Shown here: positions 33,978 to 43,029 of the stretch, one piece after another | How positions within the stretch are numbered: the stretch's first letter is position 1 | How the letters are laid out: every line of letters begins with the position of its first letter | Assembly: GCA_016186245.1 (NCBI GenBank) | Contig: JACPLZ010000011.1 | Location: 1 to 46,968 of the forward strand | DNA from: Candidatus Peregrinibacteria bacterium | GTDB lineage: Bacteria > Patescibacteriota > Gracilibacteria > UBA1369 > LOWO2-01-FULL-3 | DNA length: 46,968 nt | Direction of reading: 5' to 3' | Notes under the pieces: model-generated | Told to the model about the DNA's origin: nothing | Databases searched by the model: none | The model's input: the letters and a program-made list of their open reading frames with translations, nothing else | Made by a program: the position numbers and the translations under genes

Positions 33978-36899
33978 ATGTTTTCAAACAGAATTCTCCA
34001 AAGATCGCTTTTGGCGATCGTTTTGCTTTCAACAATAATTGTTGCCGGCTGTGCAGATTCAAAAGATTTAAAAACAGACACAACAGGCGCAACAGACACA
34101 ACAGGCGCAACTCCAAGTGCCACTCCAACTCCAACTACCGATCCCGCCGTTACGGACACCAAAGCAAGCGGCCTTGCGGATCAGCTGAAGTGGGATATTG
34201 AAAATCATAAGAATCGCAGTGATGAACTCAAGAGAATGTCGAAAGAAGCCGATACCAGCAAAATTCCGGCGCTTCTGGATCAATGGAAAGTCAAACTGGC
34301 TGAACTCCAAAAATTTGTTGACCAGAATGACAACGACGGTTATTGGGACCTGAGAAATAATGATGTGCAGGATTTACAAACGCAAATAGATGAGGCTTTC
34401 AACACCGCTTATTCTTCTTCCAATTTTGCCAACAATAAAAATCAGGCGCTCAAGGATAAACCAAAACAGCTCAAGGATATTCAAAAGCAGTTGAAAGATC
34501 TTAAAAGAAATACCCGTAATTTTGAAACGCCGGTTGATACCACCTTGCTTCAGGGATATATAACCCAGCTTGAGCAATATATTCCGGTGATGCAGGCGAT
34601 TGCCAATAAGCCGACAGCTGGGTTGAGTGGTGATGATTTAAACGATCTTTCCAATGATATCTCCGATGTTATCCGCGACTTTGATGATGTGTCCCAGAAT
34701 TTTTATGACACGATAAATGATGTGAATGAAGGGGTGTGGGCGCAACAGCGTGTTGAGGATGCGAAAAAGGGGCTGCGCGATAAGGAACGCGGCATCAAGG
34801 ATATCAATCGGCAGTTAAAGCAGTTTACCAAAGATTTGGGCGAAACCGACTCTCGTGTTTCTGAACTCAAAGCAAAAGTTGGTGAAATGGAGACAACTAT
34901 CAATGCCATAAAAACTGCCGTTGACAATAACGACAGCGAAACTCTTCAGGATATAGATCAGGACTTTTGGGATTTGAATACTGAAGCATGGGATCTGACA
35001 AATGAATTGAACGAGGTACAGAACAGCGAACGCCAGAATAAAGATGTCGCCAAAAATTTAAAGGATAAACAAAAATGGCATAAAGACAAAGAACGCGAAT
35101 GTGAAAAAGTAAAATGCAATGACAGTGAAGCGGGAAAAGTTATCCAGCAGATGAGGGATTTGCTTCAGCAGATGGAAGAAGCGGTCAATGAAGGACGTTC
35201 ACAGGATTACTGGGATTTTGAATTTGAATACAACAACCTTGATCCGGAATTTTGGGATGTCATCAAAGGCAAACAGTCCGAGAAAGACATCCGCCGATGG
35301 CTTAAGGACGTGATCCGCGAGTGGAAGGATAAGGGGCGCTGGGTTGCCGATCTAGAAAGAGAGGCGGGAAGGGGAAGCAATGTGGTTGATGAAGAAGGCG
35401 TTGCCAGGCTGCAGGAAATTCACGATGGCGCGATTGCACAGTTAAAGGAAGCCGAAAATCTTTATAACCAGGGCAGTTATGATGATGCCCGCGATATCCT
35501 CGACGGATTAAATGATGTCCGTATGGAATTTGATGAGATCACAGGAAATTTCAACAAGGGCAGGGAGACGGAATTCAGCAAATTTGAATTGGAAAAGCTC
35601 GAGCGCGAAATCGAGGCTGGACTGGATGCTATCGATCAAAAACTTGAGAATGGTGAAATAACCCAGGAGAAAGCCGATACATGTACGGCTTTCGCTGAAA
35701 AAGCCACCGGCTATATTGGGCAGCTTAGGGAAATTTATGAAGAGGGACAAATGGGCGAAGCCAAGGAAATTATGGTGCGCATGGAAAATCTTGGCAATGA
35801 AGCCGACAGGGATTGCGGCGATATTTTTATGGAAACAGGCGACAATTACAACACTTTTAATGAATACTGGGTCCCGGAGAATCTACAGGGCACAGCCGAA
35901 GCAATTTTTGCCAAACTGAGCGGTGATCTTGAGGCCAAACTGATGGATAGGGTGCTTGAAAAATTGGCAGGTGTTACATCTCAATTTAATGATATTATCG
36001 AGCAATTCGGCAAAAGGTTTGAAGATATCATTGCCGGAAAACTGGAAACGATTTCTTTTATTTCCGAAGAATATCAGAATGAATTATTCAGCCGCACCGC
36101 ACAGATTTTTGAAAAAATTGAGCAGGTGGAGGGTGCTGCAAGCCGGCTTGCGCAGGATCAGCAGGACAGATTTAACAGCATCCGCGATCAGATTCTAAAC
36201 TATAATTTTTATGGCGATGCTGCCGGAAATGTAGAGGATTATTTGCAGGAATTTGAAGATTCCAGTTTGACCGATGAGGATATTGCGGCTTTGGAATCAA
36301 GAATTGATCAGGTGAAAAAGGATGCGGTGGTGGAGAAATTTAATCTTGGAATTATTCCTTTCCGCGATACGGATGATAATGAATGGTACACGGCTTATGT
36401 TGCCCAGGTTGCCAAAAATGGGATTGTAAACGGCAAAAGCGACGCACAGGGAAATCCAACCGGTTTCTTTGATCCCGGCGCCAATGTGACTATCGCTGAA
36501 ATGCTGAAAATGTCCCTTGAGGCTGCCGGAGTCGGCCAGGCGCCAGGAGTTCCTGCGCTTAGGCAGGCTGGAAATCATTGGGCGGTCGGCTATGTGAAAC
36601 GCGCCGAGGAGCTTGGTCTGGACATCGTAAAAGGACTTGATAATCTTGATCGTTATGCAACCCGCGCTGAAATCGTAAAGACGGCTTTGCAGGCAAAAGG
36701 AATAGTGCCAAATACTGCAAGCGGATCACCTTATGCCGATGTACCTGACAGCCATCCAGCATCAGCTTATATAGTCGAAGCAACATCACTTGGAATTGTG
36801 AAAGGTGATAGTAACGGCCAGACATTCCGTCCGGATGCCACTGTAAACCGTGCTGAAACGGCAAAGATTGTAAATAATCTGGCGGAGATAACCAGATAA
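33978..36899 (+). CDS. Lipoprotein-type signal, ~700-aa coiled-coil region and C-terminal SLH domains (973 aa)
   Basis: Lipobox LSTIIVAGC at the end of the signal peptide. Tandem TDTTGA repeat (18 bp x2 at ~34077-34112). Long charged heptad-like region with recurring [YF]WD motifs. C-terminal SLH-like units FRDTDDNEWYTAYVAQVAKNGIVNG and YADVPDSHPASAYIVEATSLGIVKGDSNGQTFRPDATVNRAETAKIV. Confidence 0.8.
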   Translation: MFSNRILQRSLLAIVLLSTIIVAGCADSKDLKTDTTGATDTTGATPSATPTPTTDPAVTDTKASGLADQLKWDIENHKNRSDELKRMSKEADTSKIPALLDQWKVKLAELQKFVDQNDNDGYWDLRNNDVQDLQTQIDEAFNTAYSSSNFANNKNQALKDKPKQLKDIQKQLKDLKRNTRNFETPVDTTLLQGYITQLEQYIPVMQAIANKPTAGLSGDDLNDLSNDISDVIRDFDDVSQNFYDTINDVNEGVWAQQRVEDAKKGLRDKERGIKDINRQLKQFTKDLGETDSRVSELKAKVGEMETTINAIKTAVDNNDSETLQDIDQDFWDLNTEAWDLTNELNEVQNSERQNKDVAKNLKDKQKWHKDKERECEKVKCNDSEAGKVIQQMRDLLQQMEEAVNEGRSQDYWDFEFEYNNLDPEFWDVIKGKQSEKDIRRWLKDVIREWKDKGRWVADLEREAGRGSNVVDEEGVARLQEIHDGAIAQLKEAENLYNQGSYDDARDILDGLNDVRMEFDEITGNFNKGRETEFSKFELEKLEREIEAGLDAIDQKLENGEITQEKADTCTAFAEKATGYIGQLREIYEEGQMGEAKEIMVRMENLGNEADRDCGDIFMETGDNYNTFNEYWVPENLQGTAEAIFAKLSGDLEAKLMDRVLEKLAGVTSQFNDIIEQFGKRFEDIIAGKLETISFISEEYQNELFSRTAQIFEKIEQVEGAASRLAQDQQDRFNSIRDQILNYNFYGDAAGNVEDYLQEFEDSSLTDEDIAALESRIDQVKKDAVVEKFNLGIIPFRDTDDNEWYTAYVAQVAKNGIVNGKSDAQGNPTGFFDPGANVTIAEMLKMSLEAAGVGQAPGVPALRQAGNHWAVGYVKRAEELGLDIVKGLDNLDRYATRAEIVKTALQAKGIVPNTASGSPYADVPDSHPASAYIVEATSLGIVKGDSNGQTFRPDATVNRAETAKIVNNLAEITR

Positions 36900-36919
36900 A
36901 GAGATTCCAAAAAATTCTT

Positions 36920-36948
36920 AAAAAGGCCTCATTCACTGGGGCCTTTTT
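36920..36948. terminator. Candidate bidirectional intrinsic terminator
   Basis: AAAAAGGCC-(11-nt loop)-GGCCTTTTT. An A-tract and a T-tract flank a short stem, between the convergent genes ending at 36899 and 36954. The stem is short and only partly GC. Confidence 0.5.
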
Positions 36949-36953
36949 TGATG

Positions 36954-38885
36954 CTATGCCGAAACAACTGCAAAACCGAATTGACCATTACCGTTTAACT
37001 GTAGGCCATTTTCCCTCAGAGTAGTTCTGATTTCCGGGATTCTTGTCAGTATCAGTTCCTTTCTATATCCAGTTTCTTTTGCGAGATCGTCAAGGTTTAT
37101 GTTTGGGTTTTCGGCAATTGCTTTGGCTATCTTATAGTCAAAATTTACCTGGAAGGAACATGATCCGAGCCTTTCAATTCTTACTAACTGGGCTTTCGCC
37201 ATTTCTGTCTTTCTCTGAGCAGTACCTTTTCTGACAGTGCCTGGTTCGATTTGTCCCAGACACAGTTTTAATTGTAAAAGCCTTAAAATATTTTCTTGAG
37301 GAGCTGGTACCCTTGTAAGTCTGCTGGTTAACATCATCTGCATGTAACTCTTTTCTATTTTAAGAAAAATTATATCGCCAATTTCAGCTTCTGTGACTTT
37401 AAACTTATCCTGGATATATCTTATATTGGCGGCGGTTGTTGTTATTGCAACAATCTTGCCATTCAGCTTGGACAGTTTTGTTCTTGTTAAGATAATTTCT
37501 TCTGTTATTTGAATGTCCAAAGGAGGTGCTTTTTCATCATCATCGTCGTTATCATCATCTTTGCCGTCATCGTCTTCATCTTCATCACTTTCAGCACTTT
37601 CAGCACTTTCAGCACCTTCATCCTCATCTATTTCTACTTCTTCTTCACTCTCATCGTCATCATTATCATCTTCATCCATTTCTTCTTCACCCTCATCATC
37701 GTCATCATCCACCCCCACACCCACCTTCTCTCCTGTTGATGATGGCAATTCTACGGCATCACGCAGGCACTGTTCCAGGTTCTGAGGCAATCCATCCAGG
37801 CCGCTGAAATTTTCAAATGCAGCCGCCTCTTTATCCAATTCTTCAATTTCCGACTGCAATTTACCGATTTTTATTTTCAATTCTTCTTCTCTTTTGCGGA
37901 ATTCCAGCACCTCTAAAAATTCCGGCAGGGCATCTTTCTTGTGCTGCAAAATACTATTTTTATATTTCGACCTAATACTTTTTGGCGGACGACTTCCCTT
38001 CGTATCATCTTCGGACATGCCGGCGATTCCAGTACAGATTTGTTTATAATTTTCCTCTATTTCATCGAGTCTTGTTTTCCATGTTTTGAATTCAGGATTT
38101 GTCTCCAACTGTTTTACTTTAGCATCTATTTCGGAAATTTTGCTCAGCATTTCTCCAATAGCCTGAATAGCATAACCGCGTTTGCATTTTAGATTGTGAA
38201 CATGTCTGGCAACTGCATTTTTGAGATGCCTTACTGCGGTAAAAACATCTCTGCGGCTGATGCCGGAGTTAAGCAAAACATATGGTGTCAGATTGTCCCT
38301 ATGTTCTTTTCCCCTGGCAACTTCCCAGAATCTTCGCGAGTATTTTACCTCAACTTTTTGACCGCAATGAATTTCTATTTCCCGACTTAGAAACCGCAGG
38401 CAACAATTGTAGGCAAAACTTCTTTGCTCTGGATCATCGGAAAACTGTTCGAAAATTTTTCTTATTTTACTGCCGATTGCGACAAACCCGGCCTTGGCCG
38501 CTTTGTCGAATGTGAAACTGTCTTTGTTTTGCAGCACAAAATTTAGAAAGGCTATATACTCTTCTCTTCTGCCTAATCTCAACATCAATTCTATGTAAAA
38601 TTTCATGTATTTTACTATTGATGAGATATTTGGATCATCTAGACGAGAAGAATCTATTTCCGGACATTCGGCTATTTTTGACCTGATTGGCAAACATATC
38701 GCGGAATCAATATCCACTCTTTTTGAATCTACATTGATATCGATGTCCACTTTTGACAGCGCATCTTTAATTTCCCGTATAATGCCGGTGAAAATGCCAT
38801 CGTCAATCCATGGCGGACGTATGAGAGAATTTGTTATTCCAAGCAGTAAATCATTGGTGATTCTGGCTTGAATTGGTCTGATCAT
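36954..38885 (-). CDS. Orphan 643-aa protein with a coiled coil, a 59-residue polyacidic tract and a possible C-terminal HTH
   Basis: No signal peptide or TM segment and no family motif recognised. The acidic tract DDDDDEGEEEMDEDD...DDDNDDDDE is at nt 37533-37709 (43 of 59 residues are D or E, including AES x3). The C-terminus (NLDDLAKETGYRKELILTRIPEI) looks HTH-like. Its own TATAAT is at 38911-38916 (minus strand). Confidence 0.75.
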   Translation of the reverse strand: MIRPIQARITNDLLLGITNSLIRPPWIDDGIFTGIIREIKDALSKVDIDINVDSKRVDIDSAICLPIRSKIAECPEIDSSRLDDPNISSIVKYMKFYIELMLRLGRREEYIAFLNFVLQNKDSFTFDKAAKAGFVAIGSKIRKIFEQFSDDPEQRSFAYNCCLRFLSREIEIHCGQKVEVKYSRRFWEVARGKEHRDNLTPYVLLNSGISRRDVFTAVRHLKNAVARHVHNLKCKRGYAIQAIGEMLSKISEIDAKVKQLETNPEFKTWKTRLDEIEENYKQICTGIAGMSEDDTKGSRPPKSIRSKYKNSILQHKKDALPEFLEVLEFRKREEELKIKIGKLQSEIEELDKEAAAFENFSGLDGLPQNLEQCLRDAVELPSSTGEKVGVGVDDDDDEGEEEMDEDDNDDDESEEEVEIDEDEGAESAESAESDEDEDDDGKDDDNDDDDEKAPPLDIQITEEIILTRTKLSKLNGKIVAITTTAANIRYIQDKFKVTEAEIGDIIFLKIEKSYMQMMLTSRLTRVPAPQENILRLLQLKLCLGQIEPGTVRKGTAQRKTEMAKAQLVRIERLGSCSFQVNFDYKIAKAIAENPNINLDDLAKETGYRKELILTRIPEIRTTLRENGLQLNGNGQFGFAVVSA

Positions 38886-38919
38886 TGGAGAAGGAAGCTA
38901 ACACCGGAAGATTATAAAG

Positions 38920-39651
38920 TCAATTTCTAAAATTTCTCAGCAGTTTATTGATATCTTCTTTTTTGTCGATAGCGTTAATGATCCTTGATCCTACCACTGC
39001 AATTTCAGCATATTTATGCACGGCTTGCACATGCTCTTTTTTTGATATTCCAAAGCCGACCGCCAGGGGGATTTTAAAATATTTTCTTGCGGTTTTTAAA
39101 TATTTCGCAAGCTTCGGATTTAAACTTTTACTCTGGCCGGTAGTGCCATATCTTGAAACGCAATACACAAAACCACGCGCATATTTTGAAAGTTTTTTTA
39201 ACCGTCCAACCGTTGTAAGCGGAGAAATAATTTGAATCGGATTCAGTCCGTATTTTTTACATGCGGCAAGATAATGTTCGTTTTTTTCTTCATAAATCGG
39301 CATGTCCGGCACTATCAATCCATAGCAGCCGCAAGCCTTAACTTTCTTGCAGAATTTTTCAACTCCATGTTTATAAATCACGTTGAAATAAGTCATAAAC
39401 AACAACTGCGCCTGCGGAAAAATTTTATGAATTTTTTCCATAAGTTCAAAACAGTCTTTTAATTTTACTCCATTTCTCAGCGCCACATCATTCGCGCGCA
39501 TGATCGTAGGCCCATCGGCCACCGGATCGGAAAACGGGATTTGTATTTCCAAAAAGTCCACTCCGCATTCAAGCATTTTTATGGCAATATTTTCGCTCTC
39601 TTTTAGAGTCGGATAGCCGGCAACAATATGTGTCATCAATTTATTTTGCAT
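38920..39651 (-). CDS. trpA: Tryptophan synthase alpha chain
   Basis: Motifs GYPTL, VDFLEIQIPFSDPVADGPTI and GFGIS. It overlaps trpB by 11 nt. Confidence 0.9.
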   Translation of the reverse strand: MQNKLMTHIVAGYPTLKESENIAIKMLECGVDFLEIQIPFSDPVADGPTIMRANDVALRNGVKLKDCFELMEKIHKIFPQAQLLFMTYFNVIYKHGVEKFCKKVKACGCYGLIVPDMPIYEEKNEHYLAACKKYGLNPIQIISPLTTVGRLKKLSKYARGFVYCVSRYGTTGQSKSLNPKLAKYLKTARKYFKIPLAVGFGISKKEHVQAVHKYAEIAVVGSRIINAIDKKEDINKLLRNFRN

Positions 39652-40825
39652 ATTCCTTTACGATAAAATAATCCTTGTCGCCGCGCCCAGAACAATTAAA
39701 AACAATTTTTTTATCTCTGCCAAGTTTTGGAGCAAGCTTTATAACTTCCGCTACAGCATGGGAAGATTCCAATGCCGCAAAAATTCCTTCGCTCTTCGCC
39801 AGCAGTTCATACGCTTCCAATACTTCCTTATCCAGCGCATAGGTGAATTTAATTCTGCCGATGTCATGCAGGTAGGCCATCTGCGGTCCCACGCCTGAAT
39901 AATCCAGTCCCGCGGAAATACTGTGCGTCTCCCGAATCTGCCCCTCTTCATTTTGCAGAAAATATGATTTAAATCCCTCCACGACTCCAACACTGCCGCC
40001 TTGAAAACGCGCCGCATGCTGGTTGCCATTTACGCCATTGCCGCCGGCCTCCACGGCAATCATCCTTACATGCGGATGATCCAAAAAGTTATAAAAAAGC
40101 CCGATTGCATTGCTGCCGCCGCCTACGCACGCCACCAGATAATCCGGCATACCATCAAGCTGTTTTGCCACTTCTTCTCCGATAATTTTTTGAAAAAAAG
40201 TATTCATCACAGGGTATGGATGAGGCCCGCAGACAGTGCCCAAAAGATAGTGCGTATTTACGGGATCGCCTATCAAATCACGCAACGCCGCATTGATAGC
40301 ATCCCTCAAAATCTGCCCGCCATTTTTTACCGATACCACCTCCGCGCCCAGTTTTTTCATCCAGAAAACATTCGGTTTTTGTCTTTCCATGTCCTTTGCT
40401 CCCATATAAATTCTGCATTTCATGCCAAGTTTTGCCGCGACTGTTGCTGTCGCCAATCCATGCTGTCCGGCCCCGGTTTCCGCGATAATTCTTGTTTTCC
40501 CCATTTTTTTAGCCAGCAAACCCTGTCCCAGACAATGGTTTATTTTATGTGCGCCGGTGTGATTAAGTCCTTCATTTTTAAGATAAATTTTTGCGCCGCC
40601 GAGTTTTTTAGTCAGATTCTCACAGAAATACAGGGGGGTGGGACGGCCGGAGTATGTCTCATATAATTGCTTTAGAGAAGCCAAAAAATCATCATCATGG
40701 ATTGCTTCAAAAAATACTTCTGTCAAATCCTCCATGACCGGTATCAGCATTTCCGGTAAATACCGTCCGCCATATTGTCCAAAATGGCCATCCTTATTTA
40801 GCAGATACTTTTTAAGTGATTTCAT
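39641..40825 (-). CDS. trpB: Tryptophan synthase beta chain
   Basis: Motifs GQYGGRYLPEMLIP, the PLP lysine motif HTGAHKINH, and GGGSNAIG. Confidence 0.95.
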   Translation of the reverse strand: MKSLKKYLLNKDGHFGQYGGRYLPEMLIPVMEDLTEVFFEAIHDDDFLASLKQLYETYSGRPTPLYFCENLTKKLGGAKIYLKNEGLNHTGAHKINHCLGQGLLAKKMGKTRIIAETGAGQHGLATATVAAKLGMKCRIYMGAKDMERQKPNVFWMKKLGAEVVSVKNGGQILRDAINAALRDLIGDPVNTHYLLGTVCGPHPYPVMNTFFQKIIGEEVAKQLDGMPDYLVACVGGGSNAIGLFYNFLDHPHVRMIAVEAGGNGVNGNQHAARFQGGSVGVVEGFKSYFLQNEEGQIRETHSISAGLDYSGVGPQMAYLHDIGRIKFTYALDKEVLEAYELLAKSEGIFAALESSHAVAEVIKLAPKLGRDKKIVFNCSGRGDKDYFIVKEYAK

Positions 40826-43029
40826 GTGTTTGTCATGGTTAGGAGATTTTTGCCGCGCAAAAATCCTTTTCCATTCATGTCGATAGCTTTCATCAGAGAT
40901 GTCCCCACAAGCACGGCATTAACCCGTTTGTCCAGTCTCTCCACGTCTTCCCTGGAATTGATTCCGCTTTCCGAAATTATTAGAATATTTCGCGGACATT
41001 TTTTCGCAAGCCGGTTGGTCACATTCAGATCCACGGAAAAATCCCTCAGATTTCTATTGTTAATTCCAATAATTTTTGCGCCGGATTTGACCGCGGTTTT
41101 TAATTCGTTTTCATTGTGGATTTCTACTACGACATCCATGCCAAGATTAGCAGCTACGCGGATGAAATTATGAATTTTCCCTTCATCCAGAATGCCGACA
41201 ATCAGCAGGATTGCATCTGCGCCGTATTCCCGCGCTTTATGAATCTGCCATTCTTCCATGATAAAATCCTTGCACAGAATTGGAGTATGCCTTGTCGCCG
41301 CCCTGGCCTGTTTCATGTAGTCAAAAGAACCTTCAAAATATTTTTCATCTGTCACCACGGATATCGCGCCGGCTCCGCTTTTTTCATAAATCCTGGCGAT
41401 TTTTGCCGCATCAAAATCTCCCTCGAAAATTTTCCCCGCGCTCGGCGAGGACTTTTTGATCTCAGCAATGACAGCAATACCTTTTCCGGAAACAGCTTCG
41501 CTGAAATTTCTGTCGGACTTCTTGAGGATTTTGCTTGCGGCAATTTCTTCCAGAATATTTTTTCCGTTTTTTGCCTGCAGGTAGCCCTCTTTAAGGTTAT
41601 CAACTTTTCCGGCAAGTCTTAATGCCATGGCGCAATTTACATAAACGAGATCGGCATGTCTGCTTGTGCATTTCCCTTCGATGATTTCTTTTGCAATTCT
41701 AACATTGAAATCGGCGGATCCTCCGGCAATTTTTTTGAATGAACATTTTTTTATTCCAAAATCTTCCGGTTCCAGAAAATATTTTTTGAGCTTTCCATTG
41801 TGCAGCTCCACTACTTTTGTTTTTCCAGTCAGCGTTATTTCGTCAAGACCGTCATCGCCGCAAACGATTATCACATGCTCTTTGCCCATCAGTTTGCAGG
41901 CCTCGGCGATCAATTCCATTTGATCTCTAAAACCAGTGCCGATGATCTGCTTTTTCACTTTTGCCGGATTTAAAAGCGGCCCCAGAATATTAAAAATTGT
42001 CGGCTTTCCAACCTGCTTTCTGGCCTCGGCAAAATATTTCATAACCGGATGAAAATTACGCGCAAAAATAAACGCAAGGCCGTTTAATTTGTAATCATTC
42101 TCCAATTGTTCCGGACTTTTATTTATATCAATGTCCAATTTCTCCAGCAGGTCAAAACTGCCAAAACGTCCGCTGGCAGCCATATTTCCATGTTTTGCGA
42201 TACCAACTCCCAGCTCAGCAAGTATAAACGCTGCAATGGTGGAAGTATTGATCCGCGCCAGCCCGGATCCTCCAGTACCGCAAATATCAATTGCATCCGG
42301 CATGTCCAGGGTAATCATTTTGGCGGTCATAAAATCTGCAAATGCTTTTAAATCGGCCGGTTTTATTTTTTCAATCGTATAATTCCCCAAAAATTTTATT
42401 TGCTCATTTAGCGGTAATTTCCCGTCAACGGTATCCTGCAGAAATTTTTCAACACTTGATTTTGGCGCATATTTTCCCACGACATTCTTTATAAGCTTCA
42501 TTCCCTGTCCGCGCTTCATTGTCAGGACGGATTCAGGATGAAATTGCACCGATTCAATCGGCAAAGTTTTGTGCATGACCGCCATCACCAGCCCGTCTGT
42601 TTTTGCCGTAATTTCAAAGCATTTTGGCGTTTTTTTTGCACACAGGGAATGATAGCGTCCGGCCAAAAAATTCTGATCCAATCCGGCAAAAATCCCTTTT
42701 TTATTATGCTTTATCGGGCTGCTTTTTCCATGCACCGGCTTCACAAATTTCAGGCTCCCGCCAAAATATTCAATCAATGCTTCATGTCCAAGGCACACCC
42801 CAAAAATCGGATATTTGAGATGATAACGGTCAATGAGTTTCATCATATTCCCCGCATTTTTTGGAATCGAAGGGCCGGGGGACAGCACGATCAAATCCGG
42901 CGCAATTTCATCCACCACATCTATATTTACATCATTTCTGTAAACACGCACATCGCAGCCAAGCTGCGCAAAATAATCAACAAGATTAAATGTAAACGAA
43001 TCAAAATTGTCTAACAGGAAAATTTTCAT
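40822..43029 (-). CDS. trpGDC: Trifunctional fusion TrpG-TrpD-TrpC: anthranilate synthase amidotransferase, anthranilate phosphoribosyltransferase and indole-3-glycerol-phosphate synthase
   Basis: TrpG part: FDSFTFNL, GVCLGHEAL, QFHPES. TrpD part: ICGTGGSG...KHGNMAASGRFGSFDLLE. TrpC part: IAEIKKSSPSAG, ISVVTDEKYFEG, ILCKDFI, VEIHNENEL, GINNRNLRDF, ISESGI. No PRA-isomerase (TrpF) segment follows. It has 4-nt overlaps with both neighbours. Confidence 0.9.
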   Translation of the reverse strand: MKIFLLDNFDSFTFNLVDYFAQLGCDVRVYRNDVNIDVVDEIAPDLIVLSPGPSIPKNAGNMMKLIDRYHLKYPIFGVCLGHEALIEYFGGSLKFVKPVHGKSSPIKHNKKGIFAGLDQNFLAGRYHSLCAKKTPKCFEITAKTDGLVMAVMHKTLPIESVQFHPESVLTMKRGQGMKLIKNVVGKYAPKSSVEKFLQDTVDGKLPLNEQIKFLGNYTIEKIKPADLKAFADFMTAKMITLDMPDAIDICGTGGSGLARINTSTIAAFILAELGVGIAKHGNMAASGRFGSFDLLEKLDIDINKSPEQLENDYKLNGLAFIFARNFHPVMKYFAEARKQVGKPTIFNILGPLLNPAKVKKQIIGTGFRDQMELIAEACKLMGKEHVIIVCGDDGLDEITLTGKTKVVELHNGKLKKYFLEPEDFGIKKCSFKKIAGGSADFNVRIAKEIIEGKCTSRHADLVYVNCAMALRLAGKVDNLKEGYLQAKNGKNILEEIAASKILKKSDRNFSEAVSGKGIAVIAEIKKSSPSAGKIFEGDFDAAKIARIYEKSGAGAISVVTDEKYFEGSFDYMKQARAATRHTPILCKDFIMEEWQIHKAREYGADAILLIVGILDEGKIHNFIRVAANLGMDVVVEIHNENELKTAVKSGAKIIGINNRNLRDFSVDLNVTNRLAKKCPRNILIISESGINSREDVERLDKRVNAVLVGTSLMKAIDMNGKGFLRGKNLLTMTNT

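Noticed and set aside
37513-37807. Poly-Ser, poly-His and Ile/Phe-rich ORFs on the plus strand (37509-37739, 37513-37785, 37526-37807)
   Set aside because: They are antisense readings of the GAT/GAA-rich acidic tract of the 643-aa minus-strand gene and are not independent genes.
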